From contig MNCI01001684.1 in assembly GCA_015680685.1 (NCBI GenBank), positions 214,409 to 278,408 on the forward strand: DNA of 64,000 bases, read 5' to 3'. Source of the stretch: Gnetum montanum (Eukaryota > Plantae > Gnetophyta). The position numbers were made by a program, and so were the translations under genes. The notes below the pieces were generated by a model. It saw only the letters and a program-made list of their open reading frames with translations. It was not told the origin of the DNA and did no database searches. This document shows positions 38,401 to 53,500 of the stretch, piece by piece; the stretch's first letter is position 1; each line of letters begins with the position of its first letter.

Positions 38401-40470
38401 TATTTGTAACCTAAAATCACAAATGGGAAATTACCCCAAACATCATATAACATTAGAGTAAACTAGGTCTAATACTACAATGTAACACCTCATCCTATTG
38501 CATCTAGCTAAGGCAGGGTGATACCTAGGAGCACTAGCAGTACCATAATGGAAGCAAGATAAACTAAAAACTATGCCAAACCAAAAATTGAACATACATT
38601 TCAATTTATAAAACTACATGTCTCTACATAAATCAGAAACCTTCATTTCTCTTCTAAGATACAAAAACACATAAACATCATCATCATATATAAGTGTACA
38701 TAGAGTTTCATACAAATGTAAATAGTTCATACTATTGCACATGGAAATATACATTAACCAATCCCTTAAGATTTTTCCCTCCTCTAGTCTCTCCCTCAAT
38801 CCTCATTTGTGCTTCTATGGCCTCAACCTATAACTAAATAATGTTAGTATAAAACTAAGTGGGAAGCATTTACACTTCCCCTATTAGATGGTCAACAAGT
38901 GTTGCATTAGAGGAGAGGAGTGGGGTATAGGACAACCTACATCAGTTGTTATTCTTGTGCATGCTAAGAGAAACACACGTACACACACCATATCGCACAT
39001 AACACTAGCATAATCTTTATCAAAGAGAATAGATGGCTATCATACAATCATAGATAAAACCATTGTCTAACATAATTTATCATATATCTGTTACACCACA
39101 TCACATGCATTTTTGCTATCATGTCCATGCCATCATATGTACTCCATACCATTAAAAAACCCATAGCTCACCCAATCATAATCCAATCATAATATACATT
39201 ATCACCTCCATGACTCACAAATCAATACTATCATACCCATAGCCCATTTGGTCATTAGCATATCCACACTTGATGTATCCTATGAAATGTTGCCATGAGT
39301 ACTCATAAATAGCCATTGCCTATAGGTTTTTTATTAGTCTTTTATTTATCCAACCAGTGCTAGGGTTTATCAACCTATGACTCGCAACAACTAGCCTTCT
39401 AGAGAACTAGCTATAGTGATGAGGACACCTATGTCATGTACTATCCATAGGGAAAAGCACACATGCACTCTCCCACTCTTAGGATGAGGCCTAAGATAGA
39501 ATCCTTACTAATGCATCATAGTGAGGGTCAATCAACAACTACCTTTAGGATGCCTCATCACCAATTGATGTACACCCTAATCCTAGCATCATCTACTAAT
39601 GACCATTACAAGCATCATTGCGAATACATGTACTAGTCTAGGCTAGCTTAAGCCAACACATCCAGAAAAAAACTAACATGACCACCTATATCCACACCTA
39701 ATAGTCACATTCATTTCATGAAAAAATATTACTATTCGACAAAATAAAACTTTTTACCATATCAAACTATATGAAATTCCACAAAAATGATTGCTATAAT
39801 AACCCCCACAATGATATATGCCTAAAGAGAAAACCAATTCCATGAGTAGAAAGTACTTCCTAAGAGGATTTCAATGACACTAATTTCACCTAAATCGAAC
39901 TCCTAGAAACAAAGTTATGGGCATTCAAAGCTTGATTAATAAAATAATATTTATTAATATTTAATTACAACCAATGATGATTGAAACTTCCAAAAACTCC
40001 CATGCCACAATAGGCCCTTAAAATATAATATTCCAACCATGCTAGTCTCATGAACATCACATATCATATTCCACAAATCCACACAATATCATACATCACA
40101 TATTTATTTATAAACAATTTGCAACCAAGACTATAAAATTTCAAGAAATATGTAAAATGACATGTCCAAGCTCAATCTTTTAACTATCTACCCTACATGC
40201 CAACATCACCTAATCATATACACTAATCCAACATAAAAATTCAAAGAAAAGGTAAAGACAATCCATTAATTAAAATTATTATGGAAAAAACTCTGAAATA
40301 AGCACAAAATCATCAAAAATGTAGCAAAACTCTATTTTTCTCCAAACAAGTTCTACTCCTACTTAAATATGATTGTAGCAACCCCAAATCCATGTTCAAA
40401 GTAAGCAAAATTCATCTACAAATCTAAAATTTTTTGAAAAAAATATGAAATCAAGAAAAAAAAGTGATGC

Positions 40471-40716
40471 CATCATGAATGATGCCATTGATTCCTGTAA
40501 GAATCTAGAGGGGGTCATTATGGATGACATCATCAATGCCCATAGAGCACTAGAGGAAGCCATTATGGACAACACCATCAATGCTTGTAGAGCGCTAAAG
40601 GGGATTGTTATGGTTGGTGCCATCAATGCCCATGAAGCATGAGAGGGGAACATTATGGACAACACTGTCAATGCCCACAAAGCACTAAAGGATGTCATTA
40701 TGAATGGTGTCATCAG
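40471..40716. repeat. 45-bp tandem repeat, ~5.5 degenerate copies
   Basis: CATTATGGAYRAYRYCATCAATGCCY..AGAGCACTAGAGG units. Confidence 0.8.
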
Positions 40717-43700
40717 GCAGTAGTAGTGGCAATGGTGGTAGGTGGCACATGTAGGAGGGCAACACAGTGGTGAAGCAACAAGTAGCAGTGGAGCTATGGG
40801 TGATGGTGGATGGAAATAGGTGCATGTGATGCAAGGTAGTTAGGGGAGATGGTCATGGCAAGGTGAAGTGTAAGAGGATAGTGATCCTCAAAATAAGGGT
40901 TGCATTGCCTTGCTTGCAAGGCCTACATAGGCCCCACTGGTTAATGTGCCAAATTTGTTTTTTAATCTAACCAAAAGCAATTGTGGCTCAGGGTTGAACC
41001 TACAACCTTTTGCTTTTTTTAAATTAAATTTAAAATTTTAAAAATCATTTTTTAATTTTTTTTATTCTTGAAACTACACGTAACACAAGAAATGTTGTAT
41101 CTCCAGAACTATAAGCCAAATTTCAACGAAATTGGTATTGTTGGAATTGTATTGAAGAGCACTACATGTTGAGCTAGAGATAGGATCATTTTGGTTGATC
41201 TACCAATTAGAAAATCATTAAAAGTAAGCATTAGGTTTATTAAATTATTACTTAACTTTAGTTGATAATTCTGCTTTTTCTTCCAAGATTCTTACTATTA
41301 TTTTATAAATACATGAAGGATAGAAGTCTTTTCCCATCACAACACATCATCAACAAAAGATTAAAGGATTCCTCTCAATTATTACAAGAAACATCAAGGA
41401 TTCAACCATTAACATCATGGCCTTAGAGCATTAGGCTTCTTCTCTAGCTCCTCCTCAAGATCAAGCCCATAGAGCTCCTTTAGGTAACTTTAAATCAATG
41501 TCCATTATTTTGCATCAAAATAATGAAATTATTGCTTCCAATTGTGTGCATAGTTTAGTTGGTAAGGAGGAGTTTTAATACCTTACAACTTCAAGATTAT
41601 TTGAAGTATGTGTCTTCCCTATTTTTAAGCCATCATATTGCAAAGGCTTAATAATTGAATGGCATGATCAATATAATTAAAGTAAAAGTTCCACTTCACA
41701 GTTAATTTTTGGAGCAGTAACTATTATTTCCACTAATATTTGAAAAGCCTTAGGTTTTCACCAAGGAAAGGAATCATAGATAAATTTTAATTATTTTAAG
41801 GTTTGAATACTTCCCTTTTTCCTCTTGTTGTACAATGTTGACCTTGTTTTGTATCACATATGTTTCTAGGTTGAAGGTACTTCATTTGAGAAATGGAGAG
41901 AGATGATACTACAGGTGCAAGTTTTGAGAAAACTCTCATTTCTTCATCATCCATTCCTCCATCTAGACTACCACACATGCCATCTATTTCTACTATCCCT
42001 GTAAGAGGTTCCTTTCCACAAGCGGCATCAACACTAGCTCCTAGGTCTATTCCAATAATTCATTCTTTCTCTATCTCAGGTTCCCCCTATTTGATGGGAT
42101 AGATAGTGGTGGTGTCCAAAGAAGAACTCATGCTTCTGTAGCATCTTGGTCAATGAATTATCATGAACAAATCCTACTTTATTTGTAAGAAATTCTACCA
42201 CATACCAGAGTTCCAATCATGCCACTTTAATGAAGACTATGAATTCATATAAGCTAGTGCTCCATTATCTTTCCATCTAGTTCTTGAGGATGCTTTTGAG
42301 GTTTTCAAGGATTTCGAGAAACTCTTAGGGGAACTGGATAGTGCCACATGTCTAGCTTACCATTTGTAGACCCATGAATGGTTTCTTCAAACTGATAATG
42401 ATCTGCTTCAAGTGAGTAGTTCTTGTTCTTTTCTCTTCTCTTTTTCTTCCTTATATCAAATATTTTTTGTTCATAACTCATAATTTTACTCTTTTTTGTG
42501 TAGAGAAAAGAGAAAGAATAACAAAAAGACATGGAGGATCAATCAATTCATATGGAGATGCTAGATTCCCAACATAAGAGAAGGGAGGAATTAGCAACTA
42601 CAACAAAAAGTGCCACTAAGTACATTAAAAAATTGTGTGATGGGTTGGCTAGATGTAAGGTGGTGCTCAACAAAGAGGATGCCACTGATAAAAAATATGA
42701 AATGTAATTGGAGATAGTCTTCAATCTCCTTAACTCATTCCATCAAAACAAATTATCACTATTATGTTTTCTTATTCCTTTTATTCCACATCTTCCCTAT
42801 TCTTGTGTTCCACTTCTTCCTTTACATGTATTCTTCCTGAATGTACTTTTGTTTTACAAAATTAATAATAAAATAATATTTTCCTTCCACTTTGGATTTT
42901 GAATTATGGCTTTCTCTAATATCAAATGTGACATCCCATTCCTAGATATCATAAAAACATGTTTGTTCATCACTTAATCCATCACATTCATCGTAGTATA
43001 ATGGAAATACCATAAAATACTTGATAAATGAATGATTGATACATGGAATAAATAAAAAGAAAAAATAACAGAAAATTTTATTAATAAAAGTGGTATTTTG
43101 TCATGCCCTCTAGGTTATCTTCCCATGCCACTTAATCTTTAGAGATAATCTGGCATTTCAACCATGGTTAGGCTATCTTGCCAAAGGGGTGATTAATCCC
43201 TTCTTTTCTTACTTCACTCAACTCTTATTACTTGCTTGTTTAGGCTCCACAACTCCATGCTCACACAACCTCTAAACCTAACCTCAAATAACATAGGTCA
43301 AATCCATTCTTGAGAAGTACATGAATAATCATATCTTCTCATAACTAGACACTCCTTCATTTGAAGGTTAATTACATTTCTAAAATATGTTTCCATCCTT
43401 AACAAGGGATGAGGCATTTCAATTATTCTTGTCACTATCCTTGAAGGAGTCTCCTTGAGTACCAAAACTTGGGATGTCCAATCAGGACTATCTTGATGAT
43501 TGTGGTGACAAGCATGAACCCACCATCATTTGCCTCAACCTATTTTGCCAGCAGTGTGATGTCCCTCCTCATCCCCCAAATTTGATATTCATCATGAGCT
43601 TTTTCATGACAAGCTTGCACATGAGACAAACATTATAGACCTAAATGATGGGTTTCCTTCTATTGATGCATAAATTTTGGTTGCACCAACACCAGGGAAA

Positions 43701-46700
43701 AACTCATTTGAGGAGACTATATTGCCTAGGGTGCCTCCTGTATGGGTATAGAAACCTAGGAATAGTCTCAACTAGAGAGGGCAATGTGGTGTTCCATAAA
43801 CAAATAAATTTTAAAAAATCATAAATTTAAATTAAATGAGTATCTTCAATATAATAGGTAACTAAAAGAATATAAATTTTTCCTAGTCCCTATTGCTACT
43901 ACTGAATTCGGCTGCTAGTCCACCACGAATGTTGCTACACCTAACACTGCTCATAGCCACTGGGGGAGAGAGAGAGAGAATTTTTTGGTGTTCTGCCACC
44001 ACATGTCTCATCATTGGATACCATGAAACCTATTGTTGGTGGTAGAAAATCCAAGGAGGCTACCTATTTCAGCTTCACCATTACTAAAGAAAAAAGAAAT
44101 AGTGAAAGGGAGGAAAGAAAATCTCACTTGCCTCATTGGAAAGAGGTTGGTTGATGGTGCTTGCTAATGCATTTCTTACACATAGAAAAAATGTGTCTTG
44201 TTGCTTGCCATTACCAGCAGGAGAGAGAGTGTATGTGTGATAGAGAAGAGAGAGAGACCACCAGCTGTAGTTCATGCAGGGTAGCAACTACTGTCACTTA
44301 GAGCTTACTATCTTCTATTGTGCATGTGTTGCCATCTACCACCTCTTGTGCACTGTCATTACCTAACAATCACAATGTGCCATCCACAACCTCCCAACCA
44401 CCATTTGACAATACACATCACATGCCTACTACAACCTACAAGCCTACCACATGCCACTATAGTGTTGGGGGGGGGGGGGGGGGGGGGANAAGAGAGAGAG
44501 AGAGTTCATTGCTGACCACACAACCATTAGGGTCCATTGTCATTGGGATACTATCACCACACATCTCCATTGCTTCCAACTATGCACTTGCCATCACCTA
44601 CGAGCAAAAGGAAGAGAAAATCCTATTGCAATGCATAGAGCTCCTAGCTAGCTACCCCTATCCCTAGGATCAGATTATTTCCTCCCATTTATATCTTGCT
44701 ATTTATTACCATTGTTTCCCTATTTAAATTCCCCCTATCTATTGGTTTAGATGTTAGAAACTCCCCACCACCAACACCATTAATGCCCACGTTCTATGTA
44801 ACTCTCACCACTATGTAATGCCATTACATCCACCACCGCACACGTCTTTACTTTAGGAGCCAAAGATGATACATCTTGGCTTGTTGGCTTCCTATGGCTA
44901 CAATGGGTTAATCAGTATTGATGCCTTTGATTTAGAAAACAATATTTGATTTTTAAATATAGAGTAGAATAATAAGTAATAGATAGACTACAGAGAATTC
45001 TAGGAACACATTAATGTTACAAGATCAAAGGAAGATCAATTCTAGCTTCACCTTGCGTATAGGTTGTCTAAATCTACATCAAATGGATATATACAAGAAA
45101 TAATTTGCAGGAATATCTTGAATGTATGAGATAATGGACTTTTTCCTTCATGGTTTGGATGTGCAAGTAAGAAACTAGTCAAAATATTTTTGTCTAACAC
45201 TAAACTTGGCCTAGTGGTTGGTGTTGTTGTAGAGAGTTATTTGAGTAACATTATTTTAGCCAACCAAGTTGATACTAATAAAATTTCACATATAGAACAT
45301 GAGGCTCACACTTATTTAATGTACTAGTAAACTCAAGATGGGTGATGTTGAATTGTGGAAGAACATGGTACATCTAGCATAGAAGGCCAACATTTTAGAG
45401 GTGGATGTGCCATTCACATATATTGAAAGATTTAACCAACCATGATATTGACCACACAGATAAAGGTGGCATGTGATTTTGTGAATGTGAATAGGTATCT
45501 TGAATCTCAGAATACAGGCTAGTAGGCATGGAAGAGGTTCTTAAACTAACATATAACATTTATAATATTGATCTACCACATGGGTCTATTTACTTCAGTT
45601 GGAATTCACATGTAATTGAACCTACCACTTGGACACTTAACTATTCCCACTCCCCACTACATCTTGTCTCATTTTTATTTTTCATATGCCCTATGGGGTA
45701 ACTCTTACACCATTATGCATTGTGCAAGAGATATTGTTGATAAATAAATGCCTATTGGTAAGGTAGTGAACTAATAGGACTTTTAAATTTTCATGGTATT
45801 CAAACATATTTAAACATGGCCCCATGCCTAGCATGGGCAAGGTTGACATCAACACTTTGCCCCCAAACTTTAATTGCATGCAAGTGTAAGGAACAACACA
45901 ACCATAGAAATTTTAAAAGGAAATGCAATCAAAAACATCATAACATGGACAAATTGAAACTTAAAAGTAAACTATGCTGACCTAAACATGATTAAAATAA
46001 TCATATAATCAAAAGAGAACTAGACATGGGTGACCCTTACCACACCATCTTATTTAATTAAAATCCAAATGTATAATTCATTATTTTAACTACATAGATA
46101 TATATATATAATTAAAATATAACTAAGATCACATTCCCAATCCTCTCACAAGGTAAAAGTGAAAAGCATGTAGACTACTTCAAGCATAAGACCTATACTA
46201 AACTTAATGAGGAGGATAGGCTCATGTTAGATTGTGGCAAGCTGCAACTTTTAGATTTTTTCTTGGGACTATTTCTTCTTCTTCTTCTTCTTCTTCTTCT
46301 TTGGAAAATAGGCTCAAAAGAGAAAATGGAGGTTAGGGTGAGGATTGCTACTAGATCCCATCACACTCAAGAACTTATTACACTACCAATGAACATAGTC
46401 CTCATTCCTTTTTTTTTCATTTTTTTGTTTTAGGAAACTTTGCTCATGGTGTACTTCATTCTTAAGGTAGGAATTCCAACACGAGTTTGGCCAATTAGTT
46501 GCATTTTCAAAGAAAATAGTCTTTTTGGAACTTTGCCCATGGTGTAGCTCAAATATCATGTATGTGTCTTTAATTATAATTTTATGGCATCATAGTAGGT
46601 CTCCTAGGTGGCTAAGGGTTCTCAAGTGAAGATGAACACACTTCACCCCATTGTTCACAAGGTAGTCATGGATCATCATACTTTAGGGCTAGGGCTTATG

Positions 46701-47159
46701 AGAGGGAAAATGGAATTGTCCAAGGTCATCTAATGATTATGGCTAGCCATTTTCCAACATCACCTATCGTACACTCACATGATCATGATGATTACATGAT
46801 AAATTAGCATAAATCCCATCCTCCATAATCCAACATAACAAATAAAACTAAAACCTTGAAAAAGACTAGGAAAGATCACAACATTATTGAAATATAAAAT
46901 ATAAAGGAGATAGTAAAAAGATATGTTATATAAGCATTATACTTACATTATTTCCAATGGTGTTATGATGACCCAACACCTAGTAATTCAAATGACCATA
47001 ATGATTACTAAAATCATATGAAAAGCGAAACTAAACCAATGCGTTAAGAAAGAGATGATGGAAATGCATAGAAAACATGTAAATGCAACTATATACAAAT
47101 GAAATGCATGGTGAAAGGGAAGAAATCATGCAACTAAGGATCTACGAGGTGTCCACATG

Positions 47160-49954
47160 GGGCACCTAAGTAGAAATGTTTCAAATGAAATGCAGTAAAA
47201 TTTCTAGATAAGTTATGTCCTTGCAAGTCAGTAATTTTGTATACGTTGGGGCCAATGACATCTGTAACTTGAAATGGGCATAACCACATAGGAGAGAACT
47301 TAGTTTGAGGATTTTCTTGACTAAATGCTTTATCTCTCTTAAGGACTAGATCTCCTGTCTTAAAGCCCTTACTTACATGTTTCTTGTCAAGCCATCATTT
47401 AACAATTTTTTGAAGATTAAGATTAAAAAAATCAAGATATAATCTTAATTCGCTTGCTTAGTTTCTATCACACACTAAATTTAAAGGCTTCATAAGATGA
47501 ATAATTTTAGACTGTAGAAGTTCATCAAGTTCTTCTTTCATCCCAGTTTTGATCTTAGGCCTAATAGGTTTAAGTTTTTGTAAGTCATCAAATACAATGT
47601 CTCTAGGAAGATGTTCAAGGGATTTGTCATCATCAAAATTTGGCACACCTTCTAATGTTTTGATGGTTGGGATCTCATTTATATCTTTATCCTCCCTTAA
47701 AGGTGGTGGATCATCCAAAAGAAATCCATCATGTTGATGATAAGGCAAGGTGTCTTCATAGATTTCTTCACCTTTCTTAAAAGCTTGATAATATTGGGTA
47801 GAATACATGTATGCAAAAGGGTTTATGCCTAGAGTTTCACCTATATAATCATTCATTAAATATTCATCAAGTCCTAGCTCAACCACCCCAACAAAAAGGT
47901 TGGTATTTTGATTTCCTAGAGATTTACTCTATTGATAGAAAGTTTTTACCACTTGTTATAAAAGCGTTCTCTAGGTATGATCATATATTTAAATTTTCCT
48001 TTGATAGGGTTTAACAGTTCCAAGAAATCTGACCTAAAGAAGCCCCCAAACTTGGCTTCAAAAGTCCTAGATAAGAGCACACCATAAGTGAGCGATATGT
48101 CAACTACTAGGATATCTATATAACATTTAAATGTAGGGTATTATTTAAATTGTACTTTCACTCCTTTTAATGACTCCACTATAGGTACTTTAGACCATCA
48201 AGTTGTATTACACTTTTCATTTGTGATGTCATTTGTGCATCTAAAGTCTTACATACCTCAAGTGACATAACACTAATAGCTATTCCAAAATCCATTAAAC
48301 AATTATGAACATTCTTTTCTAAAATAATCAGCATTGTTAGAAAAGGAGGTTGCTATTTCTTACTTGACATGGAATTGTTTGTGTTCTATACTAATAATGT
48401 ATTAGGAATTTCAGCAAAGTGAACTTGCCTTTCAAGGACTAGGGATTTTTCTTTTTTGGTTTCAGGTGTATGAACTATATTCTAAATTACCTCTTTCATT
48501 TTGTTAAAGTGTATGAGATCATACATTGAAATTTTGGCTTTAACTCTTTTTAAATCCTTAACCAAATCATAAGTCTTATGTATGTCTTTGGCTTCTTGTT
48601 GAGGTGGGGCTCTTCTAGGTAGAGAAGGAAAGTTTGGTTGTTGTGGGGTGTTTACTTGAGATGGCCTGATTTGGTTGTTTGTATGGTTTTGACTAGGAAC
48701 TCTTCTATTTAGGGTGTATAAGGATTATTCCTAGTTTGTTGTTGTGTGGTATTCACAATGTCACTAAGTCTATGGTAGTGAGTGTTATGTGGGTTGGGAT
48801 CACTTACCATAACTTATTCTAATGAGAAAAACTCTTCATTTTCTATTTCATGGAGTACATTAAAGACCATAATAGGGGGTTTTCCATTTTGTTGACTCTA
48901 ACCATTGTCACCATATAATGTCAATAATTGAGAAAAATTCCTCTCATAATGTTTCCTCGTATTATAGGGACTAGAATAATCATCATTTACTGATGAACTT
49001 GGTTTTTCAAATTGTATAGGACCCTTGTTGTTGTTCAACTTTAGTTCAACTACTTCATTTGAAACTTTCTACAATGAAGATAATATCTAGGTCAACTAGT
49101 CTTGAGTTTGAGTTGGGGGTTCAATAGGATTAGATGTCTCATTTGGGTTTATGATTGATTGAATTAAGGCCTTCAATTTATCATCATTCAAATGAGTGTT
49201 AGATGGTAGGAATGAAGAAGATGTGGGATCTTGAAAATAACTATTTATAGGTTGAGTCATTTGAAGGGGAACAGGAGTTTGAAACATAGTATTGGTCATC
49301 AGAAAAGTTGGTAGAAGGTTAGATTACATAGGATGACTAACACTCATCATCCCAAATTGAGTTTGAATACTATTCATGAGGGTAATTTGTTCTAACTCCA
49401 TGGTGTTAGCCATCACTTCCTATATTTCTATTATGTTAAGATCAGATTTGATGGCATAGGTAAAGAATGGATAAATGATGAACAAGTAAAAATTGAGGAT
49501 GCCATCAGGTTGTGGACACATCTCATTTGGCACATAGAAAAGTTGATGAAAAAATATTAATTTGTAGTCATAAACATTTTCCCTATGAATTTTCCTCAAG
49601 CTTGTAAAGTTACTTGATGCTATGGCCAAGCTAGTGAAATTGTCAAATTGTAGTAAGAACCTATTTTTGAATTCTTGCCATGAGTCAATGGAGGCATTTG
49701 GGAGCATCCCAAAACCATTGGGTGGCTTTGCTCATGAAAGTCCTCACAAACACCCTACATGCTATGTTGTTTTGGACAATGTTGTGGATGTCTAGCAGGG
49801 TTTGAAAGCATTGTATATGTTGGCGAGCATCATTATTAGGGATTGTGGGTTTGTAGAACAAGTTTATGTTTTGAAGTGACTTTGGTATATCATGGTAGTT
49901 AGTGAAGTTGAAGGGGTTGCCTACCAAGGGAGTTGGGGGTTGATTGGCTATCAT
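47160..49954 (-). pseudogene. gag-protease-truncated RT/INT polyprotein remnant (copy A)
   Basis: ACRVFVRTF..KATQWF..LPNASIDSW (gag); CLMDFGIAISVM (protease); ELDELLQSKIIH...LRLYLDFFNLN joined to QKIVK*WLDK...GDLVL. Confidence 0.8.
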
Positions 49955-50534
49955 CCTAGTTTGAGTTCTCTTAGGGATGGAACTTGGGAAGCATGAAGCT
50001 TGTTGTTTCCTTAGTGTAAAGTGACAGGTAATTGGTCAGTTAGGGCCAGAGGAGAGTTTTCTCATAAAACAAAAAATTATAAACTATGAATGTTAAAATA
50101 AAGCTATAAGATTAAGTAAAAGAAAAGAAAAATTGCAATAATTTATTTTAAAAAAAACACTAAAATATGCTATTAAAATTTTGTTAAGAAAAATAAATGC
50201 ATGAAACTGAAATATATATAAAATATAAAATAAAATAGTAAATGTGAAAATTTTGGAAAATTAGATTTAAAGTAGGATGATATTAAGAAAATCACCTTAC
50301 TAAAGCTGGAACAAGGGTAAGGACCACTAAAATATGAATTTGTATACATGAAACAAGAAATGAGGGTTTTGGTAATAGGAACAATAGTTTTATAAACCTA
50401 AAAATAGGCCACTCAGAATAGAAACAAGAGTGAAAGTAGAAAAATAGAAAGCAAAAATATAAATCAGAGAAATGAAAAGGAGCTTTGGGGCAACAACAAA
50501 AATAAAAATAGAAATTAGGAAAATAGAAAATAGG

Positions 50535-50551
50535 CCCTCCTTTTAGCACCA
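50535..50551 (-). promoter_or_regulatory. PBS, tRNA-Asn type (decayed)
   Basis: TGGTGCTAAAAGGAGGG versus expected TGGCGCTAGAAGGAGGG. Confidence 0.75.
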
Positions 50552-53500
50552 AAAAGGTGTTGATGCATAAATGTTTATTGCACCAACATCGAGGAAAAAC
50601 TTGTCTAAGGAGATTATTGCCTAGGGCACCTCTTGTATGAGTATGAAAACCTAGGAATAGTCTCAGTTGGAGAGGACAATGTGGTGTTTTAAAAAAATTT
50701 AAAAATTTAAATTAAATGAGTGTCTTTAATATAATAGGTAACTAAAAAAATATAAACTTTCCCTGGTCCCTACTGTTGCTATTGGATTGAGCTGTTAGTC
50801 CATTACAGATGCTATTGTAGCTAACACTACTCATAGCTACCAAGAGAGGGAGATAGAGATTTGTCTGGTGTTCCACTACCACGTGCCTTATTGTTGCCTA
50901 CCATGCAACTTGCTATTTGTGGCAGAAAACCCAAGGAGGCCACCTATTGTGGATTCACTATTGCTAAAGAAAAGAGAAATAATGAAAAGAAGAAGAGAAA
51001 ATATCACGTGCCCTATTGGAGAAAGGTTGGTTGGTGGTCCTTGCCAACATGTTTCTTACACATAGATAGAATGTGCCCTATTTTCCACTATCACTAATAG
51101 GAGAGAGAATGTGTGTGAGAGAGAAGAGAGAGAGACTACTAGCCACAATTCCTGTAGGGTAGCAATTATTGTCACTTAGAACCTACTATCATCTACCATG
51201 CATGTGTTGCCATATACCACCTCTTGTGTGCTACTGTTTCCTACCAACTATAATGCATCACTCACAGCCTCCCAACTTGCAAGCCTACCATGCAATGCTG
51301 CAATGTGGGGGGGAAGAGGAGACAAAGAGAGAGAGAGAGAGAGTCTACCATTGATCACGCAACCATGAGAGTCCACTACCATCAGGATATTGTTGTTGTG
51401 TGTCTCTGCTACTTCCAACCATGCATTTGCCATCACCTATAGGAAAAAGGAAGAGAAAATCTTGCTACAATGTGTAGAGTTCCTGGTAACCCCCATCCCC
51501 AAGATTTGATTATTTCCTTTCATTTTCATCCTACTATTTATTGCCATTATCACCCCATTTAAATGCCCACTATCTACTAGTTTAGATTCCTACAACTCCC
51601 CACCACTGACACCATGAATGCCCACATTCTATGTAACTCTCACCACTGTGTAATGTGGTTACATCCACCATCATGCATGTCTTTACTTTAGGAGCCAAAG
51701 ATGCTACATCTTGGCTTGCTAGCTTCCTATGGCTACAGTGGATTAATTAGTTTTGAAGCCTTCAATTTAAGAAACAAGATTTGATTTTTAAATATGGAGT
51801 GGAATAATAAGTGACAGATAGAATACAGAGAATTCTAGAAACACATTTATGTTACAAGATCAAAGGAAGATCAATGCCAACTTCACCTTGCATACAAGTT
51901 ATCTAACTCTACATCAATCAGATATATAGAAGAAATCATTTGTAAGAATATCTTGAATGTATAAGAAAATGGACTTATTCCTTCATGATTTGGATGTGCA
52001 GTAAGAAAGCAATCAAAAGGTTTATGCATGACACTAAACTGGGCCTAGTGATCGGTGCTACTGTAGAGAGTTATTTGAGTAACATTATTTTAGCCAACCA
52101 GGTCAATACTAATAACATTTCACGTACAGAACATGAGGCTTGCACTTATTGAATTTACTAGTAAACTCAAGATGGGTGATGCTGAATTGTGGAAGAAAAT
52201 GGTAGGTCCAGTATAGAAGGCCAACATTTTAGAGGTGGGTGTGCCATTCATGTATGTTGAAAGATTTAACTAGCCATGATATTGACAACACAAATAAGGT
52301 GGCATGTGAATGTGTGAATGTGAATAGGTCTCTTCAATCTTAGAATACAAGCTGGTAGGCATGGAAGAGGTGCTTAAATTGATATATAATGTTTATAATA
52401 TTGATTTGCCATGTGGGTCCATTTACTTCGGTTGGAATTCACATGCAATTTCATCTACCACCTGGACACTCAATCGTCCCCACTCCCCAGTACATCATGT
52501 CTCATTTTTATTTTTCATATGCACTATGGGGTAACTCTTATGCCATTATGCATTGTGCAAGAGATACTATTGATGAACAAATATCTATTGATAAGGTAGC
52601 AAACTAATAGGACTTTTAAATTTTCATGGTATTCAAACATATTTAAACATGGCCCCATTTCTAGCATGGGCCAAGTTGACATCAACACCTTGTAAAGGTG
52701 TGTGAGTGCCACATGGTTAGGCTTAGAAAGTAGCCTTTCCACTATTTGACCATCTTGATTTCCTAAATGGGTGTCTTCTACAATTGCTGATGCCATTCTA
52801 AATAAATTCAGGCACATCTTGGTCATGGGTGTTTGAACACATCAAAATGAAAGTTCTTGAAGCTTCTTGCAAGCTTTTGGCATTACTAATGTGGCAACAT
52901 AATAGGTATGCAAGTTGGCTTTGGTCATGGTAGCCAGTGTCATGCTTAGGTGTGCCTTCCTCACTTCAAGGCATGCTATGGCATGCATGTTCTATCCTCA
53001 ATTTTTTGGTAAAATTGGGCATTTTTTGCATGTGTTTCTTAGCATTTTCCAACTATTTCTATGAGATCTTAGGTCATGATCTTCAATGGTACCTCTCTTG
53101 TGCTTGGCCCTCTTACATGTGGTGATGCTTTAATAGGGTCTGAGTGGCCTCCCAGAGATTTCTAGGTTACTAGAATTGATGGACATTGAAGTGGCATCTC
53201 ATAATCAGTTGCAGTTTGGGGTTGCACATGTAACTAGTAAGATTGGTGATGTCAGGCTTCCCATGACTAGCAATGAAGTCTAAGCATAAGTTACAACATG
53301 TTCGATTCTTGGCCGCATGCACCTAATGGTTCTGCTGGTAGTTAGTAGCCATGATTGACAAGTTTGTATGTGTTTGGGGTTTACTACTGGTGCTATGGCT
53401 ACTAGTGCTTTGGGTGGCTATGAACTCATTCTCTCTAGTCTCCTTTGGGTGGGTCATTGTGCCTGCAACCACAAGGAGTTCATGATGGTGCACTATTTAA

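Larger units (their letters stand above)
31125..41085 (-). mobile_element. Decayed chromovirus (Tekay/Del-like) LTR retrotransposon; right boundary uncertain
   Basis: Similar LTRs 31125-33920 and 38481->40450; PPT at 33921-33933; decayed tRNA-Met-type PBS ~38465-38478. Confidence 0.85.
43661..52687 (-). mobile_element. Non-autonomous Tat-like LTR retrotransposon, copy A (LTRs 43661-45854 and 50558-52687)
   Basis: Two similar ~2.15 kb LTRs; flanks CCTTC/CCTTG (degenerate TSD); PPT GGGGGCAAAG (minus) at ~45856-45865; decayed gag, protease and RT/INT stubs. Confidence 0.9.

Noticed and set aside
41100-42900. Possible decayed LTR plus accessory ORF of another retroelement
   Set aside because: Too eroded to assign boundaries or a product
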